From a virus: 64,000 nucleotides of DNA. The notes below the pieces were generated by a model. That model was not told the origin of the DNA. It did no database searches and worked only from the letters and a program-made list of their open reading frames with translations. The position numbers were made by a program, and so were the translations under genes. Below, in pieces: positions 29,877 to 38,563 of the stretch (positions are counted from its first letter, which is position 1; every line of letters begins with the position of its first letter). The stretch spans positions 1-64,000 of IMG/VR virus record IMGVR_UViG_3300044645_002525; one strand, 5' to 3'.

Positions 29877-30607
29877 AGCTGTCTAAACAAAGGATATTCA
29901 CGATGATGCTTAGAGGCATTGGTTAGTTCGCGAGTGATGCCATATTGATATGAACTTGCATTGAGAAGAAGCTTGATTTGTTTATGCTCATATTGATTAA
30001 GGATGGGACCATTGTCAGTGTCACTGATATGCACATGAGCAATGAAGCGGAAATAATGCTTGATAATTTTTGTGGGGCTATCTCCCTGAAGCCAAGCATT
30101 ATTGGTGTCGAGCATCGTCTTTACATTGCGCAGATTATAGAAATCAATGTGATTGACAATTTCTTCAACTGTATAAAAATACTTTCCACCGAATGCCTTG
30201 GCGATGGGTTCAATGCAAAGGATGGCGTCATTTGCTGCCAGAATTGAATCTATACGCTTGAGTGCTTCCATCAGGCTTGAGGGGCTTCCTCTGCGCAATG
30301 CAGGACTACCAAGAACAAAGCGCTTGATGCCCATCAGCGAACCAAGCTTCACCACTCGCAGCAAATGCTCTTGAGTGGCAGCAGTGTCTTCAAAGCTTTG
30401 CACTGCACTGTGGTAGAACAATGCCTGGGCCGAATATGCCCATAGTCCATAGTCTTCCCTGTAGCGCTTGGCAATATCGCCAAAGTCTTCGTTCCTGGCA
30501 AAGATGCGGGATGGCACTAATTCAATGAAATTGAAAGCGCCAGCATTGGCGCTCAAGATTTCATGCTCTTCCTCGTCCTTCCAGCCAATAGCACTAATTC
30601 CAAGCAC
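29867..30607 (-). CDS. Sugar-phosphate isomerase/epimerase (xylose-isomerase-like TIM barrel)
   Basis: LGISAIGW, FVLGSP..R, CIEP, MLDTNN and HVHISD metal-ligand motifs. Confidence 0.8.
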   Translation of the reverse strand: MLGISAIGWKDEEEHEILSANAGAFNFIELVPSRIFARNEDFGDIAKRYREDYGLWAYSAQALFYHSAVQSFEDTAATQEHLLRVVKLGSLMGIKRFVLGSPALRRGSPSSLMEALKRIDSILAANDAILCIEPIAKAFGGKYFYTVEEIVNHIDFYNLRNVKTMLDTNNAWLQGDSPTKIIKHYFRFIAHVHISDTDNGPILNQYEHKQIKLLLNASSYQYGITRELTNASKHHREYPLFRQLYG

Positions 30608-31319
30608 TGATAAATTCCTCCATCTTCTTCAGAGTGGTTTCTTTGCTGGAAAAATATGGACCATAATTGTATTCAATGCGTGGCCCGCAATCAACGATTG
30701 TTTTTGCCCATGGGAACCACTTCTCAATAATTTCCAATGTCTCAATGGGTTCCGAAAACCATTGATGCGTTCCTCCTTTTTGACACGCCTCAGTGTGAAG
30801 CCATAAGTCCCTTAAGTCGTACCATTGATAACAAGAATTGGCATTGATCTTTTCGATGTTTTTGCCATTAAGAAGGTCAAATAAAACATTCTTTTTGATG
30901 CGCCGATGAAACAACGCGGGAAGACGAATGATGGTAATTATGGACTCGGGGAAAGTGGCCTTAATTAGCAGCTCAAAAATGTATCGCGTGGAACCATAGT
31001 TAATGCCATGGATTTCCGGAAAGTTTTCCACATACTTATAAGTTTGACTATAAACGTCGACAGTGGAATAGAGAACAATTTCCCTTGGTCTCCACAGCCT
31101 CATCTTTGTCAAAACGTGATACATATTATCGAAATCTGCCATCGGCGCTTGATTCGCCTTCCACTTCTCTGCTGGCAAGCAAGCCAAATAAAGCCTGTCG
31201 ATATCCTGCTTTAATGATGGCGCTAAATGAATATTTTCGGAATTAAAAAGGTAGCCAAAGTCGTGATGCTCGCGCAGCACTCTTCCGATTAATCCTGTGC
31301 TTCCAACCAATACATCCAT
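30594..31319 (-). CDS. NAD(P)-dependent epimerase/dehydratase-like protein
   Basis: LVGSTGLIG, PAEKWKAN, STVDVY, YGSTR and IRLPALF motifs. Confidence 0.8.
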   Translation of the reverse strand: MDVLVGSTGLIGRVLREHHDFGYLFNSENIHLAPSLKQDIDRLYLACLPAEKWKANQAPMADFDNMYHVLTKMRLWRPREIVLYSTVDVYSQTYKYVENFPEIHGINYGSTRYIFELLIKATFPESIITIIRLPALFHRRIKKNVLFDLLNGKNIEKINANSCYQWYDLRDLWLHTEACQKGGTHQWFSEPIETLEIIEKWFPWAKTIVDCGPRIEYNYGPYFSSKETTLKKMEEFISAWN

Positions 31320-31321
31320 GC

Positions 31322-32005
31322 TCAAACCGCCACGACGGGCGCTTGTTGACGAAGGTATTGTACTCTGCACTTGCAATTGCTCATGCAAGCACAACGTTGC
31401 CCTGGCATGGGAAGGCTCCCAATGGAAACAGTGCCCCTCGATGCGTAACGCAAGCAATCGTCACAATGCTTCGCTTGAGGGTCAAGAATGCGTCGCATCA
31501 AGCTATAGCCTTGTTTTTCTTGGCGAATTGTAGCTCCTTCCCAATAAGTGCCCCTGAGAGCTGCAGCATAAAGGCCGACCCTACTAATAGCCATGGGAGT
31601 AGAAATGCTCCCAGCCAGAAGATCGCGAGCAAAACCCTCCAGATAACGGTATTCCGCACGAAGGCGTTGACCGATGCGGCCCCAATCCGAAGCCTGCATA
31701 TTGTCCCTGCCACCATTGCCAATAATTGCTGCTTGTACATGTGCAAGCTTAAGCGCTTCCCTCACGCTTTCCTGCCATTGAACCAGCGTAATATCGCCGT
31801 TGCTAAGCATGTTTGTAAGACGACGTAGCAAAGTGCCAAGCTTGTTAATTCGACCATCAACCAAAGCTTCAACGGCAGACTGACTAAGGAAGCGTCCGTT
31901 ACTTCCGCGATAACGGCCAGTAACGGGGTCGTAGCGCCATGATGATTCATCAAGACGCAGTTCAAGAGCGGCAGCGAACGTTGATAGATCATTCAGGCCT
32001 TGCAT
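31322..32005 (-). CDS. Head morphogenesis / minor capsid protein (Mu F / SPP1 gp7-like)
   Basis: Follows the portal; C-terminal HCDDC...PGQRCACMSNCKC. Confidence 0.7.
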   Translation of the reverse strand: MQGLNDLSTFAAALELRLDESSWRYDPVTGRYRGSNGRFLSQSAVEALVDGRINKLGTLLRRLTNMLSNGDITLVQWQESVREALKLAHVQAAIIGNGGRDNMQASDWGRIGQRLRAEYRYLEGFARDLLAGSISTPMAISRVGLYAAALRGTYWEGATIRQEKQGYSLMRRILDPQAKHCDDCLRYASRGTVSIGSLPMPGQRCACMSNCKCRVQYLRQQAPVVAV

Positions 32006-34073
32006 CTTCAGCCTCCAGAATATCCTTGAAACGCTCAGGAGCTTCCTCCTTCCATTGATTCAATGCAGCGTCAATGTCTTCTGGACTAATCAGCGATGCT
32101 TCGTCCACGTCAGAAAGGATGAGACCTTCCACTTTCATGGGCTCAAGCGCATCCACTTTGCTGCTCACATTCTTAGCAGGGCCTTTACGTTCTGGATCAG
32201 GATCGGCTTTGCGCTTGCGAGCCACAATTGTTTGACGCTCTTCTTTGCTCATGGCTTGCGCCTTGGCTTGCGGCAGGCATTTAGGCTTGCCTTCTTTTTC
32301 CTCGCGAGCACCACATGGACCAAGGATTTCGCCATTAGCGCCAATCCTCACCCATTTCTCCTTAAACCACTTATCAAGATCATCGGCATGAAGCTCCTGT
32401 TCGTCGCTCTTGAAAGCTCCGCTCAGTGAGCCATGCTTCTTCTTGTACATTTGCTTGTACTGTTGTACGACGTAACCACTGGCGTAAGCAGAAGGCCACA
32501 CTTTAAATTTAGATTTGGCGGCACTCACCGCCCGCGAATGCAGATCTTTGTCAGTGAAAGTTACGTCACCACGAACTTTCTCTAGATCACGAGGCAGAAA
32601 CAGACCAGCAACGTCTTGCACTTCACGGTTTCCGTCCATGGGAAGCGTGCCATTTTCTTCGTTCATTGGATCACGACCGCCAGGAGGCACCGCCATTTTC
32701 CCGTCACCCCCTTTCTGAGTGGAACCACCCCCAATTTGAGTGGGAAGTTCCCGCACTACGGACGGATCAAGCGTAAGCTCCATGCTCCACTCAGAACCGC
32801 CGTAGCGGGCATCTGCCACCTCCTTGGGACTCAGCACACCTAGCTGGATGTAACGGCCGTCTACAGCCGCCACGCGCGCCCGTACGTCAGCCATTTCGCG
32901 CTCATTAAGCTCGAACAATGGATTGAAGGAGATGCGCCATGATTCGGGCAGTTCTCCTTTCGTCGGACCTTCTTTACTGAGCATGATGTATTCAAGCAGC
33001 TTCTTCATCGGCCGCTTGAAATTGACGCTTTGATAATCAGCAAGCATCTTGGCAAAGTCACGCTCTTCGCTGCGACCAGTGGAACCAAGACCACTCGGGC
33101 TTTCGCCAAACAAAACAGTGTGAGGAATCTTGCTGGCGCCAATAATATCAACGCGCAGCTTTTCTAAGATTTCTCCAATGCCACCAAAGTTGCGACTAAT
33201 AAATTCAAGCTCTTCTTTCTCCGCATCAATCGCGTAGCCGCGATAGATGCTTTTGCTCATATCATTCACCTGCAGGCGATCACGAATGGAACTTTCCTTG
33301 CCAGCAGCAAGCATCGCTGCCAAGCCCCTCACTTTATGAACAAAAATATCAAACTCAGTGAGAAGCGTGGCCGCTGAATTCAATCCCGTCCAATAATGCC
33401 TGAAGCTGTCATAAACAGTCTGCAAGCTGCTCATGCCCCATCCATAGTTCCTTTGCCGAATGCGATAAGGAAGCCAATCCCCGTCAAAGCGAAGAATCCT
33501 ATCCTTGTGAATGTAGGACAATTGTGGCTGGTTAATTAAATCTCCAGAGATGATCTGATAATAAGTGGCTTTTGAATAGTCGTAGAGGTTTTCTTCGTTG
33601 ATAACGGGCGCAATTTGCCATCGGTCCAAGCATTCAATGTCTTCGATGCGACGGATATTCCGTTTATCGACAGGCATGTAAGCGGGACGCCCATCGTCAA
33701 TAAAAAGAAGTAGACAAGCACCCCCATAAAGGCGGGCGTTCTTTGCTGCGAGGTTGAGATGTTCGAGGATGTAGAGGTCTTCAATTACTTGCTCAATGCC
33801 TTGCACTTCTTCAGCCCTAACGCCATCGCCACCAAACAATACTTTGAAGCCTTTTCGAGTGGCCTGGTCAGCATAAATATCAACAATGCGACGAGGAAGC
33901 CATTCACCATAAAGATTTTCTAGTTCTTCTTGTGCCAGAAATACTGTGGCTGTAGTTTTAGTGTATTGGCTTTTGTCGCGACCAGTGCCCATGCCAATGA
34001 GCACGTTTGTGAGTCCATCAGCCCTCACTCCGCCACTGCCAACGTGGCCGAGATCAATTGCTTCGCCTTCCAT
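31989..34073 (-). CDS. Portal protein (DUF1073-like) with extra C-terminal small basic domains
   Basis: LY..WLPRRIVD, ARLYGG, IHKDRIL, WGMS.L and IP.T.LFGESPSGL motifs; C-terminal WPSAYASG and KWFKEKWV...CG...PKCLP domains. Confidence 0.9.
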   Translation of the reverse strand: MEGEAIDLGHVGSGGVRADGLTNVLIGMGTGRDKSQYTKTTATVFLAQEELENLYGEWLPRRIVDIYADQATRKGFKVLFGGDGVRAEEVQGIEQVIEDLYILEHLNLAAKNARLYGGACLLLFIDDGRPAYMPVDKRNIRRIEDIECLDRWQIAPVINEENLYDYSKATYYQIISGDLINQPQLSYIHKDRILRFDGDWLPYRIRQRNYGWGMSSLQTVYDSFRHYWTGLNSAATLLTEFDIFVHKVRGLAAMLAAGKESSIRDRLQVNDMSKSIYRGYAIDAEKEELEFISRNFGGIGEILEKLRVDIIGASKIPHTVLFGESPSGLGSTGRSEERDFAKMLADYQSVNFKRPMKKLLEYIMLSKEGPTKGELPESWRISFNPLFELNEREMADVRARVAAVDGRYIQLGVLSPKEVADARYGGSEWSMELTLDPSVVRELPTQIGGGSTQKGGDGKMAVPPGGRDPMNEENGTLPMDGNREVQDVAGLFLPRDLEKVRGDVTFTDKDLHSRAVSAAKSKFKVWPSAYASGYVVQQYKQMYKKKHGSLSGAFKSDEQELHADDLDKWFKEKWVRIGANGEILGPCGAREEKEGKPKCLPQAKAQAMSKEERQTIVARKRKADPDPERKGPAKNVSSKVDALEPMKVEGLILSDVDEASLISPEDIDAALNQWKEEAPERFKDILEAEDARPE

Positions 34074-34148
34074 AAGCTTCCTTTATGGCCATGATGTGTT
34101 GCTTTTATTCTAGAAGCTGGCTACATTGGCACGTAGCTCATGCACACT

Positions 34149-34655
34149 ATGGCTAGCTTTGGTATTGTTTTCCATTTCAGCGAAGAAGACAAGGAGCTTG
34201 TACGGACGGAAGCCATGCGCAGGCAGCGTTTCAATGAGAGAAAAGGCCTGAAAGGGCGCAATGGAGGCCCGAAAGAGGGAGAGAAAGCTCTTTTCGCTCA
34301 CAAGCTTGGTGCCGCTGGTGAACTAGCAGTGGCAGATTATCTCCAGTTACGGGAGTTTCTCTATCAAGAAACAGAAGCAATTCGCGGATCCTTTGATCTG
34401 CCTCCCAATATTGACGTGAAAACACGCTCTCGTCATAACTATGATCTCATCTGCCAACTAGACGAGAAGCCCGGGAAAACTTTAGTGCTGGTTACAATTC
34501 AAAACAAAATCACTCTTCTCCATGGTTGGATAAAGAGTGAAGATGCAATGCAGGAACAATGGAAGAAAGATCCCGCTCATGGCAGACCAGCTTATTTTGT
34601 CCCTTCTTCTGAATTGCATCCTCTTGTAGACTTGCGCCATGCTGAAATGTTCTGA
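34149..34655 (+). CDS. Putative PD-(D/E)xK nuclease-like protein upstream of terminase
   Basis: GAAGELAVA...D....IDVKT motif. Confidence 0.5.
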   Translation: MASFGIVFHFSEEDKELVRTEAMRRQRFNERKGLKGRNGGPKEGEKALFAHKLGAAGELAVADYLQLREFLYQETEAIRGSFDLPPNIDVKTRSRHNYDLICQLDEKPGKTLVLVTIQNKITLLHGWIKSEDAMQEQWKKDPAHGRPAYFVPSSELHPLVDLRHAEMF

Positions 34656-36006
34656 CTTCTCCAAGCACGCCCTAAAGCTGGATCTCTATCCTCGGCAGGC
34701 GAAGATTCTTGATAATTTCTTCCAGCCAGATAAGAGCCATGCAGTGTGGGCGCTTGGGCGAAGATCAGGCAAAACTGTCATGGCCGCAGTGGCGTGCGTC
34801 TATATGTGCTTCGTCTTGGAAGATGAATACCGCAGGCGCGTCAGGAAAGGCGAGAAATGGTACATCGTGACCGTCGCCAACTCTCAAGACCAGGCTCGTA
34901 TTGCTCTCAATAACATTCGTCAGCTCATTCTTGATAGTCCCTTCGCTCAGGAAATCGTCCGCGAAACTGCTGACATTATTGAGCTAAGCAACAATTGCGT
35001 ATTCAAAGCTATCCCCACATCAGGGCGTGCTGCCCGTGGTCTTGCTTGTGCAGGCGCAGTGTTTGACGAGCTTGCCTTCGCCACTGAAGGCGATGCAAAC
35101 AGTGGTGGACGTGGCATCTACGATGCTCTCTCGCCTGCTATTGCTCAGTTCGGAGGGAAAGGACGCATCCTTGAGCTTTCTTCGCCATGGTTGACAGACG
35201 GTATTTTCTACCAGCATTTCAAAGAAGCAAGCTCAGGAAGATTTCCTTTCATGCAAGCAGTGAATCTCCCAACGTGGGAGATGAACCCAAGCATTTCGCA
35301 AGAGTTTCTTGACACAGAGAGACAGCGTGATCCTGAGAAGTTTAAAGTTGAATATGGGGCGCAATTCGCGAGCAATCTTTCAGCCCTTGTTGCAAGCGAT
35401 GTTGTTGATGCCTGTATTGATGACCGTCGAGCGGCTTTACCGCCACGTCCCGAATTCCAAGGAGCTTATGTGCTTGCCCTTGACCCCGCCCGTGGTGGCG
35501 TTGGCCGTGACGACTACACTGCTTGTATTGTGCATTACGAGAATGGCACGCTAGTCGTTGATAAGTTTCATTCCTTCGTGGCTGACTTTGAAATTAATGG
35601 ACGAATGGAAGTGAATATTAATGCAGTGGAAGATTGGATTAAAGAGCAACATCGCCTGTATGTTTTCGACACTATTGTGATGGACCAGTTCAATAGCGCT
35701 GGCACCATTCAAAGCTTGGCAAGCGATTTGCCCATCACGGAACTAACTTGGACTGTTAGCTCCAAGATGAAAGCATTCAGTAAGATGCGAGAATTGTTCA
35801 ATGCAGGACAAATCAATTTATATCGTCATGAGAAAGCAATTATGCAGCTCAAAAACCTCACTGTTATCTACAAACCAAGTGGACAATGGAGTGTGACTGG
35901 CGGTAAGGCTTCTGGAATTGATGACTTAGCGTTTGCAATGGCAGGTGCCATTCTTGCTGCAAGCAAAGATGATGACATTGGTTGGATTGAAAGCCTTATC
36001 TCCTAG
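34639..36006 (+). CDS. terL: Terminase large subunit
   Basis: Q motif (YPRQ), Walker A GRRSGKT, Walker B AVFDE, LSSP coupling motif, and nuclease LALDPA...DDLAFA. Confidence 0.95.
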   Translation: MLKCSDFSKHALKLDLYPRQAKILDNFFQPDKSHAVWALGRRSGKTVMAAVACVYMCFVLEDEYRRRVRKGEKWYIVTVANSQDQARIALNNIRQLILDSPFAQEIVRETADIIELSNNCVFKAIPTSGRAARGLACAGAVFDELAFATEGDANSGGRGIYDALSPAIAQFGGKGRILELSSPWLTDGIFYQHFKEASSGRFPFMQAVNLPTWEMNPSISQEFLDTERQRDPEKFKVEYGAQFASNLSALVASDVVDACIDDRRAALPPRPEFQGAYVLALDPARGGVGRDDYTACIVHYENGTLVVDKFHSFVADFEINGRMEVNINAVEDWIKEQHRLYVFDTIVMDQFNSAGTIQSLASDLPITELTWTVSSKMKAFSKMRELFNAGQINLYRHEKAIMQLKNLTVIYKPSGQWSVTGGKASGIDDLAFAMAGAILAASKDDDIGWIESLIS

Positions 36007-36037
36007 TATGATTTTCAAGCAATAGTTCTGCTATGGA

Positions 36038-36304
36038 ATGAAGAGCAACGATTTAACTATGCAGGAGGCAAAGTTTCTCGTGTCCCTGCTTGAATGCGGC
36101 AGTTCAAACAGACAAACTGCTTTGCAGCTTCTTGCTGCTGAACATCTTTATGTGCCCACTCTCCTGCCAAAGCTTCAGGCGCACATCAAACGCATCAAGC
36201 AAATTGCCTTGCTTGAGCAGGCTGTTCACGATGGAGAAGACAGCTTTGACGACTACTGCCGCGCTCATCCTCAAGATCAATCCTGTAGAGAATATGACGT
36301 TTGA
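36038..36304 (+). CDS. Protein with a CP12-like C-terminal motif
   Basis: Ends FDDYCRAHPQDQSCREYDV (C-x8-C-R-x-Y-D as in CP12); the AWD_VEE core is absent. Confidence 0.7.
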   Translation: MKSNDLTMQEAKFLVSLLECGSSNRQTALQLLAAEHLYVPTLLPKLQAHIKRIKQIALLEQAVHDGEDSFDDYCRAHPQDQSCREYDV

Positions 36305-36489
36305 ACCCACGAAACCATGCTATGCTTTTGAAGCTTTCGCGAAGCACGCTGGCCAGCGTTAGTTCAACAAGGAACAATGGTTTCAGGCGCCATTGTTCTG
36401 TACCAGGGGAAGAGGGGAGCAGGCCCACCTGCTCTGAAATGCTGTACAAGGCGGATTGAAGCCCCGCTCAGCGCCCTCAACTTCACCCT

Positions 36490-36562
36490 GCCCGAATAGT
36501 CCAGCGGAAGAGACAAGCGACTTAAAATCGCTCCAGCGCAGGTTCGAATCCTGCTTCGGGCA
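36490..36562 (+). tRNA. tRNA-Leu(TAA), short variable loop
   Basis: Acceptor GCCCGAA/TTCGGGC + A; anticodon arm AGCGA-CTTAAAA-TCGCT; T arm GCAGG-TTCGAAT-CCTGC; CCA not encoded. Confidence 0.85.
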
Positions 36563-36579
36563 CTTTGCTACACTGATGG

Positions 36580-36632
36580 TACGTTCACCCCGCAAGGGGC
36601 GCATGACTAGCTGGTACGGAACGGGACCAGCA
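36580..36632 (+). promoter_or_regulatory. Glutamine-riboswitch-like element (glnA / Downstream-peptide family)
   Basis: CGTTCA-CCCC-GCAA-GGGG-CGCA...CGGAACGG just after an extended -10 (TGcTACACT, 36566-36574) and upstream of a YRGxxY peptide. Confidence 0.7.
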
Positions 36633-36647
36633 TCATCGGGAACCATC

Positions 36648-36767
36648 ATGAACCCTCTCGCTTTGATTAAAGAGCAGCTTGAGAAAGCAGCTCGTCTGCG
36701 TGAAGCACAAATGGCTTCGCTCGTCTATCGCGGCGTTGCTTACGTGCCTAAGCCTCATTGGTTCTGA
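36648..36767 (+). CDS. 39-aa DUF4278-like peptide
   Basis: MNPLALIKEQLEKAARLREAQMASLVYRGVAYVPKPHWF, containing the L.YRGV.Y motif. Confidence 0.8.
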   Translation: MNPLALIKEQLEKAARLREAQMASLVYRGVAYVPKPHWF

Positions 36768-36769
36768 GC

Positions 36770-37156
36770 TTATTGCTGAAGACAAGAGCCCGCTACGGCG
36801 GGCTTTTCTTTTGGCCAATGGACAACGGCATTGGCAATGATGAAGCAATTGGTAATGAGATAGGAAGCAAAAATCAATGTGCGGATGAGCGCCACCTTGT
36901 CTGCCTCGTGATCATGCTTGCTCGCCTTTTCGCCCAGGGCCAAGCACCATAGTTTCCATGCCCCTTTCCTCCTGCTCATAAATCCAAGCCTTCAGCTCTC
37001 TGACATACTGTCTAATGATGGCAGCTTTTTCAAGATGCCATTGGTCCATGGTGAGAAAATATTGGGCATTATGCCAATCAATGGCTCGTAACGATTGATA
37101 AATGATGGGATTGAGCGGCTCACGCAAGGGCGTGTTGAACGTTCTGCGCTCGGTCA
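36770..37156 (-). CDS. Two small overlapping hypothetical proteins (36770-36979 with a hydrophobic segment; 36912-37156)
   Basis: ORF track; W..ALGEKA...EAD.VA.IRT motif seen in small phage proteins. Confidence 0.55.
36786..36812 (+). terminator. Intrinsic terminator
   Basis: GAGCCCGC-TACG-GCGGGCTT followed by TTCTTTT. Confidence 0.75.
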
Positions 37157-37677
37157 TCGGAGGAGAAGAATTGCATCGCCTCATCCCAATGGACGGGCGC
37201 AAAGTTGTGTTGTTCTACACAACAATTAAAATAGCGCCTATCTAAGCTTCCATCAGGCATTCTTACGTTATGAGAATGTAAATGTCCGTGAATATTTCCT
37301 TTAAATCGCTGTTCAAATAGTTCTGGATGGAGAGGAATATGGCTCAGCATAAATTCATGGTGATAAAAACATCCACGAATGTCGTCGAAATATTGCGCGT
37401 AGTCTTGCAGCTTGAAAATATCGTGATTGCCGCGCACTAGCACTTTCCTTCCATTGAGCCGCTCTAGCATCTTCAGTCCGCGACGGGCAATCGCCACGTC
37501 GCCCAATACGTAAATGCGATCCTTGGGCTTCACTCGCTTGTTCCATTGTTCCGCCATGAAAGCATCGCCCTCTTCCGAATTCTGAAATGGACGCACTTTC
37601 TCTCCGTCTGGACGTAGAAAACTATACATTTTCTCGTGACAGAAGTGGTTGTCCGATGTGAGCCAGCAGTTGATCAC
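37120..37677 (-). CDS. Calcineurin-like metallophosphoesterase
   Basis: SDNHF, LGDV, GNHD, SHIP and HGHLH motifs. Confidence 0.9.
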   Translation of the reverse strand: MINCWLTSDNHFCHEKMYSFLRPDGEKVRPFQNSEEGDAFMAEQWNKRVKPKDRIYVLGDVAIARRGLKMLERLNGRKVLVRGNHDIFKLQDYAQYFDDIRGCFYHHEFMLSHIPLHPELFEQRFKGNIHGHLHSHNVRMPDGSLDRRYFNCCVEQHNFAPVHWDEAMQFFSSDDRAQNVQHALA

Positions 37678-38254
37678 GTGTGCTCTCCAGTTCCGATAAA
37701 TTTCATGGCTTCATATTGAGGAGCATACGTTAGCAAGTACTCAAAATATTTTCCATCTAATGATTGAAGCTGCCAAGCCATTTCTCCAGCGTGCCACTGA
37801 ACAACGCGCCATTGCATTGTTTTGAGCTTCATTCTTCCCCTCTCTTTTACCTTTGTCTCAAATTCCCAAATGTCGCCAACTTTTAGACAGTCAGGGCGAT
37901 TACATATTTTTGCAGTCTTGTCCGTCTCTTGCTGTATCCAGCCCCATGCAGAAGCCTTGACGGCAACTTGATGAACAATATCTACAACGTCAGAGCCGCC
38001 ACAGCCGTCCATCCACCTCAACACCAATTCACGACTTGGAGCAGGAATCATTAGTTGAATTCCTCCACCACTTTTGTTTTTACCACGCCTTTTCTATCCG
38101 CCTCTTGCAACTCAAGACCACGCTTAAAAGCTTCCGCAAACGTACCAAATAATCCAGCGTATTCCCACCAAAACCACACCCTTTTCTCTACAGCAAAAAT
38201 GGGCTCACTTGGATCTGCAAAAGAAGGCTTCTCAACAATGCGATAGCGAGCCAT
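37674..38254 (-). CDS. Two hypothetical proteins (37674-38051; 38051-38254)
   Basis: Abutting ORFs in the same direction as their neighbours. Confidence 0.5.
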
Positions 38255-38257
38255 GAA

Positions 38258-38327
38258 AACCACTTCTGGGAATCGAACCACAGGATTCTAGGCTATGTGC
38301 CTAGCGTGTACCACACACTTAAGCGGC
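38258..38327 (-). tRNA. Atypical tRNA-like gene, anticodon CAT
   Basis: Acceptor GCCGCTT/AAGTGGT; D arm GTGT-GTGGT-ACAC; anticodon arm CTAGG-CACATAG-CCTAG; T loop TTCGATT with a bulged stem; A instead of U33. Confidence 0.55.
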
Positions 38328-38563
38328 AGCAGCCCCCTGTTTGAGCATCATCTCTAAAAACCAATTTGTTGGCGCCAACAAAATGGTCTCCGTCTGAGAG
38401 CTAAGCTTGGGGGCGAATTACGCAAACCAGGAAAGGCACCCCGAACCAACGTCGGACCTCAGAACTGGCTGCTCTCCACTGACAGAGCAATGGAGGGGAG
38501 AGAACGGTACGCCCTTGGCACATGCCAAGCTTGCACCGTCTCGAAACTATAGCAGCAAAATCA

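Noticed and set aside
31989-34073. Anti-CBASS Acb1 function, a label sometimes attached to this portal family
   Set aside because: No 2H phosphoesterase HxT motifs are seen; context and motifs indicate a portal.
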